Positions 60,500 through 64,000 of a stretch of 64,000 nucleotides of DNA are shown here, piece after piece; the stretch's first letter is position 1; the number at the start of each line of letters is the position of its first letter. The stretch is from Raillietiella orientalis. Its lineage: Eukaryota. The notes under the pieces are model-generated. The model was not told the origin of the DNA and ran no database searches. It saw nothing but the letters and a program-made list of their open reading frames with translations. The position numbers were made by a program, and so were the translations under genes. The stretch spans positions 7,378,001 to 7,442,000 of the forward strand of contig JAYWIR010000002.1 in NCBI GenBank assembly GCA_036172245.1. Direction: 5' to 3'.

Positions 60500-61740
60500 G
60501 GTTTATCACCCCGGTGTGCCGGGGAGTTTATTATAAAAGCAAACATACAAAGTGTAGGGCCATCGGCCCTACAACGTCCTAGAGAGTTCGGAACCTATCG
60601 AGTACTGGCACGCACGCTGCCGAGCTTCGCCTCAGCAGCGGAGGGGAACAATCCCACGTAGACAGCAAAGAGCTGCTGGAACTACGGCAGGCGAAAGGGC
60701 GTTGCTCACAAAGCGGCGCTTGAACGCGTCTCTGGCAGCGTTCACTGGTGCACCTAGGGCCGTTGCGGATGGCAACCACAAGGGCCGGAGGGCAGCACAG
60801 TCAACGAGCAGGTGTGGGAGGGATTTTCGCTCCTCGCACCTGCTGTAGTTCGGGTCCATGCCCTCCCGGGTCCAGTGAGACCAACAGGCGTTGCGCAGGA
60901 TGCCTCAGTGCAACAGCAAAAGTGTCGACTCTTGCCACTTCAGGGGGAAGGCCCGGTTCTTCAGCACTGGGGGCCACTCGTGGTCTTTGTGCGAGATTCC
61001 CAGCAGCTCACTCCAGCTCGATAGTTCCTTTGGGCGCAGCGTCCGTGAGCTGGCCCGTGGTCCGACCAACTAATTTCTACCCTCTTCCACCGATCTCACA
61101 TCGGACCTTCCATTGGGCCGGCTGACTACTGCCCCGGTGTTCCCTGAGATAGGGTACAGCTGCTGCTAGGGAAGTCCTTTCTGTCCACCCACGCTTGATG
61201 GGCTGCACGATGACGTCTTCCTGCAGCGAGCGGTTGTTATAAACAGAGTACAGCAGTCTCTGAGGCATCTCCTGGCTCGGTCGTTATTCCGGGTCCATGT
61301 GCGAACGGTTTCCTGTAACCAAGCGCTACCTTTCGCGGGCAGGCTGGAAATCCAGTTGTTCGTCCTGGTCAGCTTGGCCACTCGCCGAAGCTCCACTCCG
61401 TAAGGGAACAGGTAGCGTCTTAGGCCCCGCGGCATGAAGAAAGACAGTCCCGCGCAGCCGCTGGCTCTCTGAACCCAGGCGTCGTGCAGGCGGCTCGCAC
61501 CACTCGGTGCTCCACATCTTCGCTACTAGGGCGGATGTCCTCCACTGGTGCCGGTCGGTGCGCCGTCGACCGGACGGTCGGATCGGATCCCCTCGAGAAT
61601 CCCCACGGGCGGGTACTGCAAGTACATTGGCGTTCCGTTGGGGGACTTCTGCGTTGCAGAAGTCTGATCCGGCCGTCTATAAAAAGTGAAGATGGTCGTT
61701 CCATAACGGCGAATTTCACTGGAACGAACGGGCGTCGTTG
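60500..61740 (-). mobile_element. LINE copy with a 5' inversion (61570-61740 on +)
   Basis: Minus-strand C-terminus and 3' UTR ending aataaactccccggcacaccggggtgataaa; inverted CKYIGVPLGDFC segment. Confidence 0.85.
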
Positions 61741-61741
61741 T

Positions 61742-63570
61742 TTGTTACCCGGTTGCTCCGGGACGTTTATTATAACAAATCATCTGGGAACATAGTTCCC
61801 AGGCAAGGGAAACAGAAGTTAAGGGGGAGGGTTTCCCGACACGCAGGTCGGGCATATTGAAGGCTCGGAACGGCAGGGAGGGGACAATAAATAAATAAAA
61901 ATAGTGGACGGGTAGGTACAGGGGGTCTGCAGCTTCAGCCGTTCCTATTCTCAGAACCGGCGGTGAATCCTCACTTCTTCGTCGAGGTGTGGTCACCCGG
62001 AAGCCAATTCCAAATGGCAGGCTGCACTGTCGGGGATCGATGTTGGGACCGCTCGCAGCTGCAATACGTGGCGGCGGGCCCTGACAATGGCGCGGACGCA
62101 GCAGATGATTGCGACGACCGCTCCCAGAGACAGGCCGTGAAGAAGCGGCGCATCCAGTCCATTGCGGTGTTCCCTGGATGCAGGAGCGCTGAAGACAGCC
62201 GCCGCCACAGTCCCTGGAGGGCACCGCAGTCGAATAGCAGGTACAGGAGCGATTCCATCGCTCCGCATTTTGCACAGTTGGGGGACGCGACTCCTGCGGA
62301 AAGCAGGTGCGCGCGCTGGTTGGAATACAGACCCCAATGCACCAGCAGAAAAACGTCATGTTTCTACCGGAGGGGGAACACAGTCGTGTGCAAGCACGGG
62401 GAAGGGACCACAAGTTCTTCGGAGGGCACCCTCAGGAGCTCGCTCCACCGAAGAAGTCCCTTGGCACGAATGCGAGGCGTGGCAGCATCTGCCAGCTCGC
62501 CGGTCCTCCAGCCGCCCAGGAGTCGGGTGTCGCCTGCGATGGCGCAGGCGACCTCCCACCTTGCCGGTAGGCCACTGTCTTCTCGTGCCCTTAGGGGAGA
62601 CAGCTCTTCGGCGAGGGACGTAGAGGCCAGGCGAGTCCATTTGTCCTGGTTTTGCAACACTTCCTCCACTGGAAAGTATGGAGAAAGGTACACGCAACGG
62701 AGTTCCAAACGGGACACATCCTGTTGCGCTGCCCAGGACGATAAGGCTTCCTGCCGCCAGGCGTTAACGTTCGTCGGCCGGCAGGAGATCCACGAATGCG
62801 TTCCCAGAAGCGAGGCGAGCTGCCTCAGCGGGAAGCCGAATCCTCTCATGGCGCGCTCCGTATGCAGGTGCAACGAACGCAGTCCGTCGCCACTCGTGCA
62901 GCGCCGCAGCAGCAACCGTGCGGGAGCACACCAGGGAGTCGTCCAAAGCTGGGCGAAAGCGCCAGCATGAGAAACTGCACTAGCAGTCCGATCCGCTCCA
63001 GCGTCAAGATGCCCAAGCCCGCATCCCGACGATGAGCCGCCAAGTCCTTGAGTAGGATCCTGAACCTCGCCGGTCCCCAGAAGGCGTTCCGCAACAGGCG
63101 TTTCGCCCGGAGCTTGACCGAGTAGGGAGGGGGACAAACGGAAAAGAGGGGACGGAGGAGCGGGGCAACGAAAATGTTCCACACGAAGGCCTGCTCCGGC
63201 AGGAGGAAACTGCGACCTTGCAACGGGCCCAGAGCAGTCTCGGCCTTGTGAAGGTAGTCCGACCGCGCTTCTGCTGGACAGAAGTCGCCTAACGGAACGC
63301 CAAGGTACTTAAAGCACCTGCCCGTGGAAATCCCCAGGCGGATCCAGTCGGACTGCCGCTCATACGTAGAGCCAACCGGTACAACGGTGGATTTCGGTCT
63401 GTTGACGCTCACGCCCGCTCCCCGACGAATGAGCACGAAGAAATCTGCGAGACTGGGCGCCGGGGTGGACGTGGGCAACAGGAGAGGTAGGTCGTCAGCA
63501 TGGGCGGCCACGGCCGGCGTTCCCGGGCAGGAGCTCGGCAGGTTGGCCCGGGGAGTCAGCCTGTACCGTG
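61742..63570 (-). mobile_element. LINE copy, RT (HADD) to 3' UTR
   Basis: AHADD, KYLGVP, CAKCGAMESLLYLLFDC; aataaacgtcccggagcaaccggg terminus. Confidence 0.92.
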
Positions 63571-64000
63571 CCTTTCTGTGTCTCCTCCAAACTGCAGTAT
63601 CCGTTTTTCATCTCTAGAACAAACTACAAAGTATCCTATTACTGCCCCAAACCCACCTTATATTCGCCTTAGAACAACTCGTGCCTTTCGAGTAGCTATC
63701 CCCCAACGGTTGCATCCGTGCTCCCTCCGCGAAAAATATTCCGCCGAAGTGCGATCCCTCGAAAAGATCCCCGATTCGATCGGGATACCATGCGAAGCTT
63801 CACCTGTGGCGAACGCTCCACATACCGTAGATAGCTCCACACAACAAAATTCTTTTCCAGCGATCCACAAACGAAACAACCGCTTCCCACCTCTCACTTT
63901 GCATCCATCACACACCTCCGCATCTCGACAGCACAAAAGACCTCCTCCAACGTTTCATCGCAATCCAGTACCACCTAGACTCCATCGATCTTCTAGACAG

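Noticed and set aside
1..64000. CRISPR arrays, rRNA, bacterial operons
   Set aside because: No regularly spaced repeats or prokaryotic gene organisation; the sequence is intron-containing eukaryotic DNA.

Overview
Eukaryotic (invertebrate, probably arthropod) nuclear DNA; no prokaryotic features or CRISPR. The left part holds one reconstructable host gene: a 9-exon, ~495-aa DEG/ENaC (pickpocket/ASIC-like) channel on the minus strand (9786-24575). Its introns carry a mariner remnant, tRNA-derived SINEs and LINE debris. From ~27 kb to ~63.6 kb the window is a dense, two-stranded nest of decayed copies of one L1/Tx1-like non-LTR retrotransposon family. These copies end in AATAAA plus a small hairpin without a poly(A) tail, and they appear to have inserted into each other at the same homologous nucleotide. 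Embedded in the nest are (i) a near genome-length, circularly permuted endogenous CRESS-DNA (circovirus-like) virus with ambisense Cap and Rep, (ii) a ~3.3-kb NUMT (cox3/nad5/trnH/nad4/nad4L/nad6/cob) and (iii) an unidentified strand-skewed element, part of which is duplicated beside the viral insert. All calls come from manual reading and motif recognition; no database searches were run, and boundaries of decayed elements are approximate.
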